DNA from: a virus
Lineage: Duplodnaviria; Caudoviricetes
Reading direction: 5' to 3' (one strand)
IMG/VR virus record: IMGVR_UViG_3300038828_000048
Coordinates: 32,001-96,000 of that record
DNA length: 64,000 nt
Shown here piece by piece: positions 16,513 to 27,035 of the stretch. Made by a program: the position numbers and the translations under genes. The notes below the pieces were generated by a model. It saw only the letters and a list, made by a program, of their open reading frames with translations. It ran no database searches and was not told the origin of the DNA. Position 1 is the first letter of the stretch. Each line of letters starts with the position of its first letter.

Positions 16513-19023
16513 ATGAGTATATTAAATCAAGAAGATTTATTACCTTTTTATAGAAAAAATTCTTATGAGGAGAAATTTGCAGATAATGCAAAATGGATCG
16601 AACTCTGTGTAGATTCTATAGATAAAAATATGGGATATTCCGATATAGCTTATCATACTAAGCTTGATGTAAACTATAGTATTATTAAAAATAAAAGTGG
16701 ATCTGTTGTTTATCAGGATTTAATAAAATCAAGACAAATTATAGATCCTAGTATTACAAATAAAAAACAACATCGAAAAAATTATGATATACTTTCTCCC
16801 ATATATAAATCGATGGTTGGTGAACAACAAAAGAGAGAGTTATTTGCTATTTGTAAAGATATATCTGGATATAATCAATCATTGTATAAAAAGAAAAAGT
16901 TAGATTTATATACGGGACATGTTAAATCTAATATACATGCTCCATTACAACAACAAGCTACACAAGAGATTCTTTTAAAACATCAAATTCAAGATCCCAA
17001 ACAACTAAAACCAGAAGAACAAGATCAGATATCTTTTGAGATAGAAGAATTAATGAAATTCAAAACTCCAAAAGATATTGATAAATTTATGACTGATGAT
17101 TATAAATCTCCTAGTGAAACCCAACTTCAAGAGATTTTAAACTGGGTTATATCCGAATTTAATATCAAATTTATTACAGATGAAGCATTTAAACATTTTA
17201 TTCCATCTGGTAGATCAATTTGTTATACTAATATAGAAAATTTTAAACCTGTTGTAAAGATTATAAACCCTCGTGGTTTTAGATATGTAGCAAAAGATAA
17301 TAGTTACTTTATATCTGAAGGTGAACAATGGATGAATGAAGAATTTATTACTTATGGAGAATTATTATCATCTATTCCTCATGATTCTAATATAGAAAAA
17401 GTTTTACAAGATAGTTTTTCATCTTTTGCGTATGGAGATAGAAGAGATCATCGAAGATATATAACTGGAGAGATGCCATCTAATATTCTTACAGGAATAG
17501 CAGATTATGATTCTCAGCATGATAACTATATTACTAGAAGTTTACCAAATAATTTAGCAACTAATGATGGTCAAGGTTATTTATCATATTTATATTCTAA
17601 ATTTGGTAATACATCATTATTTAATAATAAAATAAGAAAAGTAAATATTTGTTATACTGCATATTCAAAAGGATATCATGTACAGAGATATAATAAATCT
17701 TCTGATACAATGCAGTATTATTGGGTAGGAGAAAATTATGAAACAAACAAAGAGTTAGATGTTAATGTTACTGAATATTGGTTTCCAGAATATTATCAAG
17801 CAGATAAGATAGGATATGATAGTTCTTTGATATATAATAAAAAAAGAGTTGAGTTTCAAAATAGATCAGTTAATAATCCTTGGGATATTACTCCACCTTA
17901 CGATGGAATAGAATATGCAAGATTATTTAATAATACATCGCTAGTTGCTCCGTTAGATTATGGTAAAGCTTATCAAGAAGAATTTAATGATGTTAAAGAA
18001 AAGATTGAAGAATTAGATAAAACTAATATTGGTAGAATTTTTGCTTTACCAGAATCTTTTATTCCTACAGACTGGAGTTTGGAAAAATTTGTAGCATTTA
18101 TTAAAGAACATAAAATCGCTGTTATTAATGAGAATAATAGTAGTATAAACCCAGCAATTGCATCTCAAATCTTAAAATCAATTGATGCAACAAACAATAA
18201 TGATATTATTGGATATATTAATCGTTTATCATCTATACGATCAGAAGCGGAAATAGCAATGAGTTATAGTCCTAGTAGTTTAGGACAAGCTCCTGCTTCT
18301 ATAACAGCTACAACAAATCAACAAAATGTAATACAATCATCTTATAAAACAGAAGATATATTCTCATTACACAGCATGTTTATTAATAGATTACTAACTA
18401 ATGCTGTATTAATGGTGCGAAATGCATTAACTAAAAATGATGAATTAAAACAAGCATTACTTAGTATTCCTAGTTTAGCAGCATTAGATATAGATACAAA
18501 TCTTTTGATCGATTCTGTTCCTTTTATAGATATAATAAATAGAACAAATGAGGTTAAAGCGGTAAATGATGTTAAAGATCTATTACAACCAATGATTCAA
18601 AATCAGATTATCACTAAGATATCTGATGTAATGAAACTTCAATTTAAAAATAATCCTGCTGAAATGCTAAATGTAGCAGAAAATGCAGAAAGACAAATTG
18701 AACAACAAAGACAAGAAACGATAAAACTAGAACAAGAAAATCTTGAAAAAGATAGAAGATCTCGTGAAATGATGGATGATAAACGATTGGAATTTGAAAA
18801 ATATAAATTCGATAGAGAACAAGAAACTAAACGATATATATCCGATAATGATGCTGCTAAATTTGAACGTCAAATGGATGCAGATAATAACGACGTTCCT
18901 GATTCTGTACAAGTTGCGTTGATTAATAGAGATAAAGAATTAGAAAAAGAAAGAATACGATCGGGAGAAGTTGTTAATAAAGCAGCTAATGATGTAAAAA
19001 TAGCTAAGATTAATGCGGAGTGA
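16513..19023 (+). CDS. Portal protein (crAss-like)
   Basis: 836 aa after terL; N-terminal NYDILSPIYKSMVGE; long C-terminal coiled coil with DADNNDVPD. Confidence 0.9.
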   Translation: MSILNQEDLLPFYRKNSYEEKFADNAKWIELCVDSIDKNMGYSDIAYHTKLDVNYSIIKNKSGSVVYQDLIKSRQIIDPSITNKKQHRKNYDILSPIYKSMVGEQQKRELFAICKDISGYNQSLYKKKKLDLYTGHVKSNIHAPLQQQATQEILLKHQIQDPKQLKPEEQDQISFEIEELMKFKTPKDIDKFMTDDYKSPSETQLQEILNWVISEFNIKFITDEAFKHFIPSGRSICYTNIENFKPVVKIINPRGFRYVAKDNSYFISEGEQWMNEEFITYGELLSSIPHDSNIEKVLQDSFSSFAYGDRRDHRRYITGEMPSNILTGIADYDSQHDNYITRSLPNNLATNDGQGYLSYLYSKFGNTSLFNNKIRKVNICYTAYSKGYHVQRYNKSSDTMQYYWVGENYETNKELDVNVTEYWFPEYYQADKIGYDSSLIYNKKRVEFQNRSVNNPWDITPPYDGIEYARLFNNTSLVAPLDYGKAYQEEFNDVKEKIEELDKTNIGRIFALPESFIPTDWSLEKFVAFIKEHKIAVINENNSSINPAIASQILKSIDATNNNDIIGYINRLSSIRSEAEIAMSYSPSSLGQAPASITATTNQQNVIQSSYKTEDIFSLHSMFINRLLTNAVLMVRNALTKNDELKQALLSIPSLAALDIDTNLLIDSVPFIDIINRTNEVKAVNDVKDLLQPMIQNQIITKISDVMKLQFKNNPAEMLNVAENAERQIEQQRQETIKLEQENLEKDRRSREMMDDKRLEFEKYKFDREQETKRYISDNDAAKFERQMDADNNDVPDSVQVALINRDKELEKERIRSGEVVNKAANDVKIAKINAE

Positions 19024-19095
19024 AAAAATACATCATAATTAAAACACAAATCTAAAAAAAAAAATAACCATATATTATTATTATTATTAACCATT

Positions 19096-19103
19096 TAAAT
19101 TTG
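19096..19103 (+). promoter_or_regulatory. -7 promoter box for the head genes
   Basis: TAAATTTG(CA) 4 nt before ATG 19108, which would give an almost leaderless mRNA. Confidence 0.55.
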
Positions 19104-19107
19104 CAAC

Positions 19108-20313
19108 ATGATTTCAGATAATCAATCAAATTATTTAGATATAGATGAGTCTATATTTACCGATGTAGTTCCAAGGGATCTATCAGATAGTGATTTTATT
19201 AAACCAAGTGATAATATCATTCCTGATTCTAATGTTACTCCTGGTATAACACCTATTGAATCTAAACCAGAAACACCTATACCAGCAGATAATAAACCTG
19301 CTCAGGATACTAGTAAACCAGTTGATCCTGCTAATCCCGAACCAAAAGATAAAGATCAGAACAAACCTGATGATTCATCGAATGATGATTTTTCAGATTA
19401 TTCTCAACCAGCATTATTTGCCCAACTTTTAGCTGAGAATAATTTAAACTTTTTTGGTGATGAAATACCAAAAGATTTAGATCCTATAGGTTTTGTAGAA
19501 AAGTTTTCTGAAGCATCTAATGCTTTTATATCAAATGTAATTAATAATAAATTACAGGAGATGGGTGCAATAGCAGATTATATTCAATTTAGATTAAATG
19601 GAGGATCTAACGAAGCAATAGATCCTATTTTGGAGATAGAGAGAGTTGCTAGTTTTAATATAGATGATCCAAATGTTACAGATGATGATCTTATAAGAGT
19701 AGTTTCATCCATGTATGAGAATCAAAATATACCAAAACACTTAATACCCAATTTGATCAAAGTTGATAAAGAAAACGGTGTTTTGGATGTAAGAGCTAAA
19801 GAATCCATTGATTTTCATAAAAAGTATAAGGATGATTTATTTACAAAAGCAAAAGATGATTATGATGTTAGTATTCGTGCAGAACAATATCAGAAAAAAC
19901 TTGAAGCAAATGCTTTTGCAAATAAATTAAAAGAAACAGAGAAGATTGGTACTATTGTGCTTACTGATGTTGATAGAGCAGAAATATTCGATTTTCATCA
20001 TAAACGTGATCAGTTAGTTAAGTACAAAGATGATGCTGGGAATATTGTATCTGATTATGTTACTAAGTATGAGTTGGATATGTATCAAGCAGTAAATGAT
20101 CCAGAAAAATTAATCAAGCTTACTTATTTTTTAAAACATGGATTTGATCTATCGTCGGATTCAAAAATAGTAAGCAATTTAAAAAAAGATGCTAATGCTT
20201 CGTTGCTTAGAGCAATTGAAGGAAATAGATCTAGAGTTGATAACACAAGTACATTAAAGAATAATGCTAATGCTTCTAGAGAGGAGTTTATAGCAGATAT
20301 TGATATTAGATAA
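19108..20313 (+). CDS. Putative capsid scaffolding/assembly protein
   Basis: Acidic, Pro-rich disordered N-terminus then helical; lies between portal and major capsid. Confidence 0.7.
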   Translation: MISDNQSNYLDIDESIFTDVVPRDLSDSDFIKPSDNIIPDSNVTPGITPIESKPETPIPADNKPAQDTSKPVDPANPEPKDKDQNKPDDSSNDDFSDYSQPALFAQLLAENNLNFFGDEIPKDLDPIGFVEKFSEASNAFISNVINNKLQEMGAIADYIQFRLNGGSNEAIDPILEIERVASFNIDDPNVTDDDLIRVVSSMYENQNIPKHLIPNLIKVDKENGVLDVRAKESIDFHKKYKDDLFTKAKDDYDVSIRAEQYQKKLEANAFANKLKETEKIGTIVLTDVDRAEIFDFHHKRDQLVKYKDDAGNIVSDYVTKYELDMYQAVNDPEKLIKLTYFLKHGFDLSSDSKIVSNLKKDANASLLRAIEGNRSRVDNTSTLKNNANASREEFIADIDIR

Positions 20314-20341
20314 TAGACATTAATTAATTAAAAAAATTTAT

Positions 20342-21880
20342 ATGAGTATTAATTTGGTAGAACCTAGTGGATGGAAAATATCCAAAATTGCTGCAAACGA
20401 TTTTGTATATGCGAATTTTACAGACGAAAATGTATTATTCAAACATAATCCATCTTACACTCCTTGGGTTGATCTAACTAGAGGTAAAGCTCTAGAAACA
20501 ATTGCGAGTATATCCAAGAACATATACGGAAAATCATCTAGTATGTTGGATATGTTTAAAACTAATGGTACAACTATGTATTCTGATTCAGAATATATTA
20601 GGTGGTCATTAAAAGGTACTAACAACACTAAAGTGTATGCTTTAGAGAATTTACAACGTGATAATCCTACTCCATGTATCGGATTTTCTCCAATTGTTAT
20701 GAAATTCTCACATGGCTTGTGGGTTAGTTCGGATGTAATATATCCAGAAAATAATCCTAGTATTGAGTTTATGATTAATGAGGTTGTGAGTGATGGTACT
20801 GCTTATAATTATACTCTACAACTTAAAACGAGAAGTGAATATGATTATGTTGAGCAAGATGTATTAGAACCTAATATCGTTTGGTGTAAGCGTGGTGCAA
20901 ATCATTCAGAATCATCTGGAGAATATGGTAGTTCTCAAATCAAAGGTGGACCAAGTATTATTACTTTCCAAACTCAATTAGGATCTTATTCTAAATCACA
21001 TGAGATTACTGATAAAGCAGCTCATAACATCTTACGCATGAAAGCCAAAGATGCTCAGAATAATTTGATTCCTAATTTCCCTGATCAGTTTGTACATTTT
21101 GATGAAGCAGAGTTCCATCTCGAAGTAAAACATGAAAGAGCAGCTTCGTTATTCTGGGGTAGAGATGCAGGATATAATCTCATTGATCCTACAACAGGAT
21201 TCCATAGAAGAACATCTCCAGGTGCATTAGAATTTTATGAAGATGGTAATCTTTTAGAGTACGATGAAACGAATTTTACTGTAGATTTTCTTAGAGAACA
21301 ATTTAAGAGTTTCTTCTATGGTAGAGTATCACCAGAAAATGCGAGAATTAAAGTTAAAGCTGGTATTGAATTGTTATCTTTAGTTAATAAAGCATTAACC
21401 AAAGAATATGCAATGAAACCTACACAAAAACCTTATGCTGATTTTGTTAAAGATGGTAAATCGTTCCCTGGATCTAATCAACCTGGAAAACATTTAACAG
21501 ATCCTCAATTTATGGGATTTGATTTGTTCCCTTACGGTACTATTGAATTTGAACACTTCCCTATTCTTGATGATGTAGAAATGAATGGTGGTATGGTACA
21601 TCCACAAACTGGTCGTCCACTTACATCATATTGGGGATTTATTGATGATATAGGAATAGGTGTAGGTAACAATCTAAAGCATTATATACTTAAAGGATCA
21701 GAATATTTTAACTATATTTGTGGTACTTACTCTCCTGCTGGTGCAATTGATGTAAACAACTCTAAAGGTTTTGTTTGTACGCACGGTAAGAGAAGTTACA
21801 AAATGGTATATTCAGTTATTGAAGGGGTAATGATGACAGATACAAAAAGATCGTTGTTCTTACACCCATCTGTAAACTAA
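20342..21880 (+). CDS. Major capsid protein (crAss-like)
   Basis: 512 aa; YIRWSLKG, DGTAYNYTLQL, SESS, LFWGR and PG motifs; follows the scaffold and precedes a strong terminator. Confidence 0.88.
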   Translation: MSINLVEPSGWKISKIAANDFVYANFTDENVLFKHNPSYTPWVDLTRGKALETIASISKNIYGKSSSMLDMFKTNGTTMYSDSEYIRWSLKGTNNTKVYALENLQRDNPTPCIGFSPIVMKFSHGLWVSSDVIYPENNPSIEFMINEVVSDGTAYNYTLQLKTRSEYDYVEQDVLEPNIVWCKRGANHSESSGEYGSSQIKGGPSIITFQTQLGSYSKSHEITDKAAHNILRMKAKDAQNNLIPNFPDQFVHFDEAEFHLEVKHERAASLFWGRDAGYNLIDPTTGFHRRTSPGALEFYEDGNLLEYDETNFTVDFLREQFKSFFYGRVSPENARIKVKAGIELLSLVNKALTKEYAMKPTQKPYADFVKDGKSFPGSNQPGKHLTDPQFMGFDLFPYGTIEFEHFPILDDVEMNGGMVHPQTGRPLTSYWGFIDDIGIGVGNNLKHYILKGSEYFNYICGTYSPAGAIDVNNSKGFVCTHGKRSYKMVYSVIEGVMMTDTKRSLFLHPSVN

Positions 21881-21896
21881 AAAAAGTAGATTATAT

Positions 21897-21939
21897 GAGA
21901 TGATGTAGTTATAATAGATATCTACATCATCTCTTTTTT
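21897..21939 (+). terminator. Intrinsic terminator after the major capsid gene
   Basis: GAGATGATGTAG / CTACATCATCTC plus T6. Confidence 0.85.
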
Positions 21940-21972
21940 ATTATTATTATTATTAAAAAATAAATATTTATT

Positions 21973-23253
21973 ATGAATCTTGAATTTAGACCAGGTTTAA
22001 CAACCTGTAAAACAGAAATCTTTAATAGTTCAACTATTATTAAACCAGCACCAAATTCATCTAAATTTTTTAGAATAGATAAAGGTAGTAAAATTGGTGA
22101 TGCTGTTGTTAACCAGTATGGTATTGATCAATTTGGTCAAGAAGTACTTTTAAACTCTGAACCTTATAAACAAGAGCGATTTGGAGATACTATACAATCT
22201 CACGGATTAGAATTTAATTACTCAAAGAATAAGTGGTTGATTATAGATCCAACAGATCCTATGAAAAAAAGAGTATTAGAATCCAATAGTGATATTATAA
22301 ATGAATTAGTTGAAAAGTGTCGTCTTATCAACCAAAGAATAGATCATCCTGATAGAGGTAAGTACATCACATCTGCTAATATATTTGATAGATATGATCC
22401 TTTTTTTACACACACAGAAGCAAGAATAAGTTTGAATGGTGGTAACGCATTTCTTAAAACAACTAATTCCGATTATCTAAATGTCGTAGTACTTTTGGGT
22501 TTATTAGCTCGAAAGAAATTTCAATTAGGTACTAATACAAAAACTGGTTTAAGTGGTACACAAGTAAAATATATTGTTATAGATACTCAGCTTGAAAGAA
22601 AAGAAAAGAGTGATAAAAGACGAAGGGATGAGCGAGTTAGAGAAACTTTTAGTGCTCTTGATAATGAAAGAAAATTAAAAATATTGATTGCACTAGGTAT
22701 AACAACTATTAATATTGATAATCCAGATTATGATTTAATAGATAATTTGTTATATGATTTCAGTAAAGATTTTGAAACTAAGTATCAAAATACTTTAATG
22801 ACAAGAGGAGAAGCTTATTTAGCAATGGTAGAAAGTCCACCAGATACAATAGAAGCACATTATGCTTTTTATTATGGTAAAAAGACAAATGTAATTACTA
22901 TTCTAAATAAATCATATAATGCTTTTGGTCAAAGATTGGGTGTAACTGTAAAAGAGTGTATTCAATTATTACTATCTCCAAGTAATAATTTACTACAAGA
23001 TATTTTAGCAGCAGCAGAATCTTATCAAAAAGATTTACTTGCCAATAGAGTTAAACCAGTATCTAATAGTAATAATAATACTGATACTATTACTCCTATT
23101 GTAAATAAAGCATCAAAAGTAACTAAACAATCTAAAGCAATTAGTGATACTACTGTTACAGAAGATGAATCTGATGATCAATCTAGTAACATAAGTGATC
23201 CTAATTCATTAGATGATATGACAATAACACCAGATAATTCATTATTAGATTAA
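21973..23253 (+). CDS. Conserved crAss-like protein downstream of the major capsid gene
   Basis: Synteny; YIVIDTQLE followed by a charged helix; acidic tail. Confidence 0.6.
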   Translation: MNLEFRPGLTTCKTEIFNSSTIIKPAPNSSKFFRIDKGSKIGDAVVNQYGIDQFGQEVLLNSEPYKQERFGDTIQSHGLEFNYSKNKWLIIDPTDPMKKRVLESNSDIINELVEKCRLINQRIDHPDRGKYITSANIFDRYDPFFTHTEARISLNGGNAFLKTTNSDYLNVVVLLGLLARKKFQLGTNTKTGLSGTQVKYIVIDTQLERKEKSDKRRRDERVRETFSALDNERKLKILIALGITTINIDNPDYDLIDNLLYDFSKDFETKYQNTLMTRGEAYLAMVESPPDTIEAHYAFYYGKKTNVITILNKSYNAFGQRLGVTVKECIQLLLSPSNNLLQDILAAAESYQKDLLANRVKPVSNSNNNTDTITPIVNKASKVTKQSKAISDTTVTEDESDDQSSNISDPNSLDDMTITPDNSLLD

Positions 23254-23265
23254 TATTAATAAATC

Positions 23266-23991
23266 ATGGTATCAGTACACACATTACATTATAATTTTGA
23301 GAGAGTATGTCATAGATTACATACAAGTATCGAAAAAGATGTATCTGCTGTAGATATCGATTCTTATTTAAATAAAGCTAAAAATATTTTATTAAACAGA
23401 TATGATCAGTTTATCCAAATAAATAGAGAGTTTTCTAAAATTTTAAAAGATATAGAAGTTCATGATAAAGAATTGAAATTATTTAAATCAAATTCAGAAT
23501 ACTCTCTTTATAAATTACCTGATAATTATTATAACTATCTGCGAGTTAATTTAGATGTTTTTACTGATAAATGTACTGATAGACAAGCTATTAGAACAAC
23601 AACTTATGTTACTCAAGATACTCTAAACGAAACTCTAAAAGATTCTTTTAGAAATCCATCTTGGTACTTTAGAAGATGTTTATATACCTTTGTTGACGAT
23701 AAGATAAAGATCTATCATAATTCTAAATATAAGATTGATAATGTTAAACTTTCTTATATAAGATGGATACCTGATGTAGCTGCTGCAAGTTTATCAATAA
23801 AAGGTAAATATCTTTTATCTGATCAAAAAACAGTCATAACAGAAGATATAGATTTAGATGTTTCTGAAAGAAGTATTTTTTGGGATAGAATGGTTGATAT
23901 AGCAGCATATTTGTTTAAAAAAGATGTAGATGATAATTATAAAGTTGATTTAGAATCATATCTTTTTAATCAAAATTTAGGTGTTAATTAA
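23266..23991 (+). CDS. Tail ring (head-tail adaptor) protein
   Basis: DIDSYLNKAK, YKLPDNYY, LSYIRWI and MVDIAA fit the P22 gp4-like crAss ring pattern; synteny. Confidence 0.75.
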   Translation: MVSVHTLHYNFERVCHRLHTSIEKDVSAVDIDSYLNKAKNILLNRYDQFIQINREFSKILKDIEVHDKELKLFKSNSEYSLYKLPDNYYNYLRVNLDVFTDKCTDRQAIRTTTYVTQDTLNETLKDSFRNPSWYFRRCLYTFVDDKIKIYHNSKYKIDNVKLSYIRWIPDVAAASLSIKGKYLLSDQKTVITEDIDLDVSERSIFWDRMVDIAAYLFKKDVDDNYKVDLESYLFNQNLGVN

Positions 23992-24021
23992 TTTGATTTT
24001 TTAATTTTTAAATAATTATAT

Positions 24022-25719
24022 ATGCCGAGCGATCGCAAAATAAGGGAGAATATACTTGTACCTACGGGTACGGTTGTTGCACCAAATAAATATCTATACT
24101 CTTTAGATGGAGAATTAGCATCTCTCAATGATTCTATTGGTTTGGGTGATATTGTATTCTATGATCCTAGAAATAATATGACAGTTGGACCAGGAGTAAC
24201 ACCAACCCAAGTACCTAAATTAGGTATAGCAGTAGCTTTGGATAAAGAGGGAAAAGGATATCCTACAGTACTTAGAAAAGTATTCGGTGATTCGTTGAAC
24301 TCTTTTGCTAGAGATACAATGAAACTTACAACCGAATCTACTTCTTTTGGTTGTAATCACATCATGGATTTTTATACAACTTGTACTTTTAAAGGTGAAA
24401 GTTATAGTATAGAAATTCATACCAGAGGAGCATCACAACTTACAGATAATAACTGGAATGATTGGAGAAAAGAAACTTTTACTGTAAATCTAAAAGATTA
24501 TGCTTGTGAAAGTTGTGAATTTGGTATAGATTGTAAAGCTGTAATGTGTGCATTAGCTCATAAAATTAATTCACATTTTACTAAACGTAATGTAAATAGG
24601 AGTGGTAAATTGCTCAAACGTATGTCAGCTAAAAATGCTGAATCTAGAGAATGGACAGCATATGCATTATTCGAGAATGATTGTATTTATACAATTACAA
24701 ATGCTTCTCCAAATACTTGTACTGATTGTACGCATATCACAGGAATTAACGGTATAACAATAGGTGCTAATCCACCTGTTATCTTTAATACAGCGAGTTT
24801 GATAGGCGGTGTTTCTCTAACATCTAAAGAGAAAAAAGAAAGAGTTCTTGCTTTGATTAATAAAGCATTTAGGGATGCTAAAGTTGAAGGTTCAGCAGTA
24901 TTGGATGAACAATTAGTTGGTTCAGGTGCTCCTTGTGCAGATTTCAAAATAAGAGTAAACTCATGTGTTACATTTGATCTTTTAGATGCGAATAATGCAC
25001 CATTACCAAAAGTTTGTTCTAATCCATTCCAAACTATAACAACCGATCCAGAATGTGTGGGATGTACTCCAGGATCTTCTTGGACACCAACATGTGGTTT
25101 AAGAGTAGTAGCACATCCAACTGAGATTATATGTGATTGTAATGAATTTGATAGAACATATTGGTTTCACAGAGAGATTAGAATAGCTGTTCCAGATAGT
25201 ATGAATAATTGGTCTAAGTTTGTAACCAAAACAATTCAGAAACCTTTAGCACCTAAAGGATTAGGTATTCAATGGCAAAAACGTATCATTGATATGTCAA
25301 ATGGTGGACCAGGATATGCTTACGATAATTTTGTAAACGATGTGGTTGGGTTGTATGGTGCGCAAAGAAAGAATACCGCTCTAAAAGCATCTACACAAGG
25401 TTTGGAATGTAGAGGAGAGTATTGTTCAATCAATATAGAACATGGTCTTAGATTTACTGAAACTGGTGTATCAGATCCATTATCAGAATCTAAAGGTAGA
25501 TCGATAATTTTGGTTAATAACAAACATACAGCTTTATATGCTGCTATTAAAGCAGTATTAGATCCTTGGTTGGGAGCATTAGGTTACAAACCTATTAATT
25601 GCGGAGCTGATGTTGATCAAATTGAACCAATTGATTATGAAACTGAAGTAGTTACCACAGATCCTAGTTATGATCCTAGTGCTGATGAAGGAGAATCTGG
25701 ATTAGGTACTATTGGATAA
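24022..25719 (+). CDS. Structural protein, likely auxiliary capsid/decoration protein (Cys-rich)
   Basis: Follows the ring protein; ALAHKIN and PKGLG motifs; has its own terminator; many CxxC. Confidence 0.6.
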   Translation: MPSDRKIRENILVPTGTVVAPNKYLYSLDGELASLNDSIGLGDIVFYDPRNNMTVGPGVTPTQVPKLGIAVALDKEGKGYPTVLRKVFGDSLNSFARDTMKLTTESTSFGCNHIMDFYTTCTFKGESYSIEIHTRGASQLTDNNWNDWRKETFTVNLKDYACESCEFGIDCKAVMCALAHKINSHFTKRNVNRSGKLLKRMSAKNAESREWTAYALFENDCIYTITNASPNTCTDCTHITGINGITIGANPPVIFNTASLIGGVSLTSKEKKERVLALINKAFRDAKVEGSAVLDEQLVGSGAPCADFKIRVNSCVTFDLLDANNAPLPKVCSNPFQTITTDPECVGCTPGSSWTPTCGLRVVAHPTEIICDCNEFDRTYWFHREIRIAVPDSMNNWSKFVTKTIQKPLAPKGLGIQWQKRIIDMSNGGPGYAYDNFVNDVVGLYGAQRKNTALKASTQGLECRGEYCSINIEHGLRFTETGVSDPLSESKGRSIILVNNKHTALYAAIKAVLDPWLGALGYKPINCGADVDQIEPIDYETEVVTTDPSYDPSADEGESGLGTIG

Positions 25720-25729
25720 ATAATTTAAA

Positions 25730-25767
25730 AAAAGATAGCTCTTAAATAAAAATAAGAGCTATCTTTT
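25730..25767 (+). terminator. Intrinsic terminator
   Basis: 15-bp perfect inverted repeat AAAAGATAGCTCTTA / TAAGAGCTATCTTTT. Confidence 0.8.
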
Positions 25768-25790
25768 ATACCTTTTAAACTTAATTTGTT

Positions 25791-26006
25791 ATGAGTAAAC
25801 CAACCAATAAAGGGGAAGTATTTGTTCCAGGAGCATTTAAAATAGATAGAAAAGGAAATCCTGTCAATGTTCCTTCGATAATTGCGCAAGAACCAACTGA
25901 TTGTTGTGGTATTGATTGTTGTAAAAAGGTTATAAAATTTATAGATGATACTAATGTTCCAAGAGAGATATCTCTACAAGCTATCTATAATTTATTAAAT
26001 CCTTAA
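25791..26006 (+). CDS. Small virion protein with a CCGIDCC motif
   Basis: 71-aa ORF in the structural operon. Confidence 0.65.
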   Translation: MSKPTNKGEVFVPGAFKIDRKGNPVNVPSIIAQEPTDCCGIDCCKKVIKFIDDTNVPREISLQAIYNLLNP

Positions 26007-26032
26007 TTTTAATAATTAATAAGTAATAAGTA

Positions 26033-26512
26033 ATGAGTAATTGTCTTTGTATAATCGATAATGAATTTAATTTCACTATATCATATAGAGACAATTACTT
26101 TATTTTTACTGATTATAGTAGCTGGGGAGAAATAAAAGATGTAAATGATAAGGTGTCAGTTACTATCAAACAAAACGAAATATCTAAAGAAATATTTATC
26201 TATCCAAATCAAGCTAATATTGTTAAATATGATAATTTAATTCCTGGTGAATGTGGATATGATGGGATATATCAATTTATTATAAAAACATGTAGTGATA
26301 CACAAATATTATGTGTTAACTATTATATTCTTAAAAATATCGAGTGTGCTTATAGAACACTTGTTTTGAAAGAAGATTGGGATAATGCTAAAATCTTACA
26401 ACAATATATAGAGCTTATAAAAGCTAATGCATATTTTAAAGATTTTGATAAAGCAAAGGAGTTTTACTCAATAGCAGTAAAATTTATAAAAAAATTAAAT
26501 TGTAATTGTTAA
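26033..26512 (+). CDS. Putative tail hub/fibre-attachment protein
   Basis: Beta-rich N-terminus (DGIYQF) and helical C-terminus ending CNC; synteny. Confidence 0.5.
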   Translation: MSNCLCIIDNEFNFTISYRDNYFIFTDYSSWGEIKDVNDKVSVTIKQNEISKEIFIYPNQANIVKYDNLIPGECGYDGIYQFIIKTCSDTQILCVNYYILKNIECAYRTLVLKEDWDNAKILQQYIELIKANAYFKDFDKAKEFYSIAVKFIKKLNCNC

Positions 26513-26514
26513 GT

Positions 26515-27021
26515 ATGATTAGTAATCCAAATAGATGTGGGTGTATTAGTACTGAGGTAATATCTCCTTGTGATCATCCGAATGATGAATGTTGTTTAAC
26601 AGTTTGTAATATATTAGCTGATAAAGAAACATATCCGTGTGGAGATAGTAGAGTATTGGATATAACTAAATTTATCAAAATACCATCATGTTGCGATAAT
26701 TCTTCAGTACAAATAACCATAAAGGAATCATCTAATAACTTAAAAGATGTAGTTGCATCTTATAATTATACGGCAAAATTATTTTCAGTATCATACACAT
26801 CAAATTATGATGATGGTAAAGATTATAAATCTGCTAAAATTGTATATCAAGTTAAATGTGGATTATTACGTTTAAATGCAACAATAATCATACCATTTAA
26901 ACAACATAATGAGAATCCAGATTGTCCTAGCGAACATTATAACCCTTGTACTGGTGATTGTATAGAAATACAAAACGAAGTATCCATTGGATCAAAAGGA
27001 AATGAAATAACCATATCATAA
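26515..27021 (+). CDS. Cys-rich structural protein
   Basis: Many Cys; ATG at 26515 preferred over TTG at 26506. Confidence 0.65.
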   Translation: MISNPNRCGCISTEVISPCDHPNDECCLTVCNILADKETYPCGDSRVLDITKFIKIPSCCDNSSVQITIKESSNNLKDVVASYNYTAKLFSVSYTSNYDDGKDYKSAKIVYQVKCGLLRLNATIIIPFKQHNENPDCPSEHYNPCTGDCIEIQNEVSIGSKGNEITIS

Positions 27022-27035
27022 AATAAAAATAGATA

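Noticed and set aside
14080-21880. Introns or inteins in terminase, portal or capsid genes
   Set aside because: ORFs are continuous and of expected size; no intein terminal or LAGLIDADG motifs noticed.
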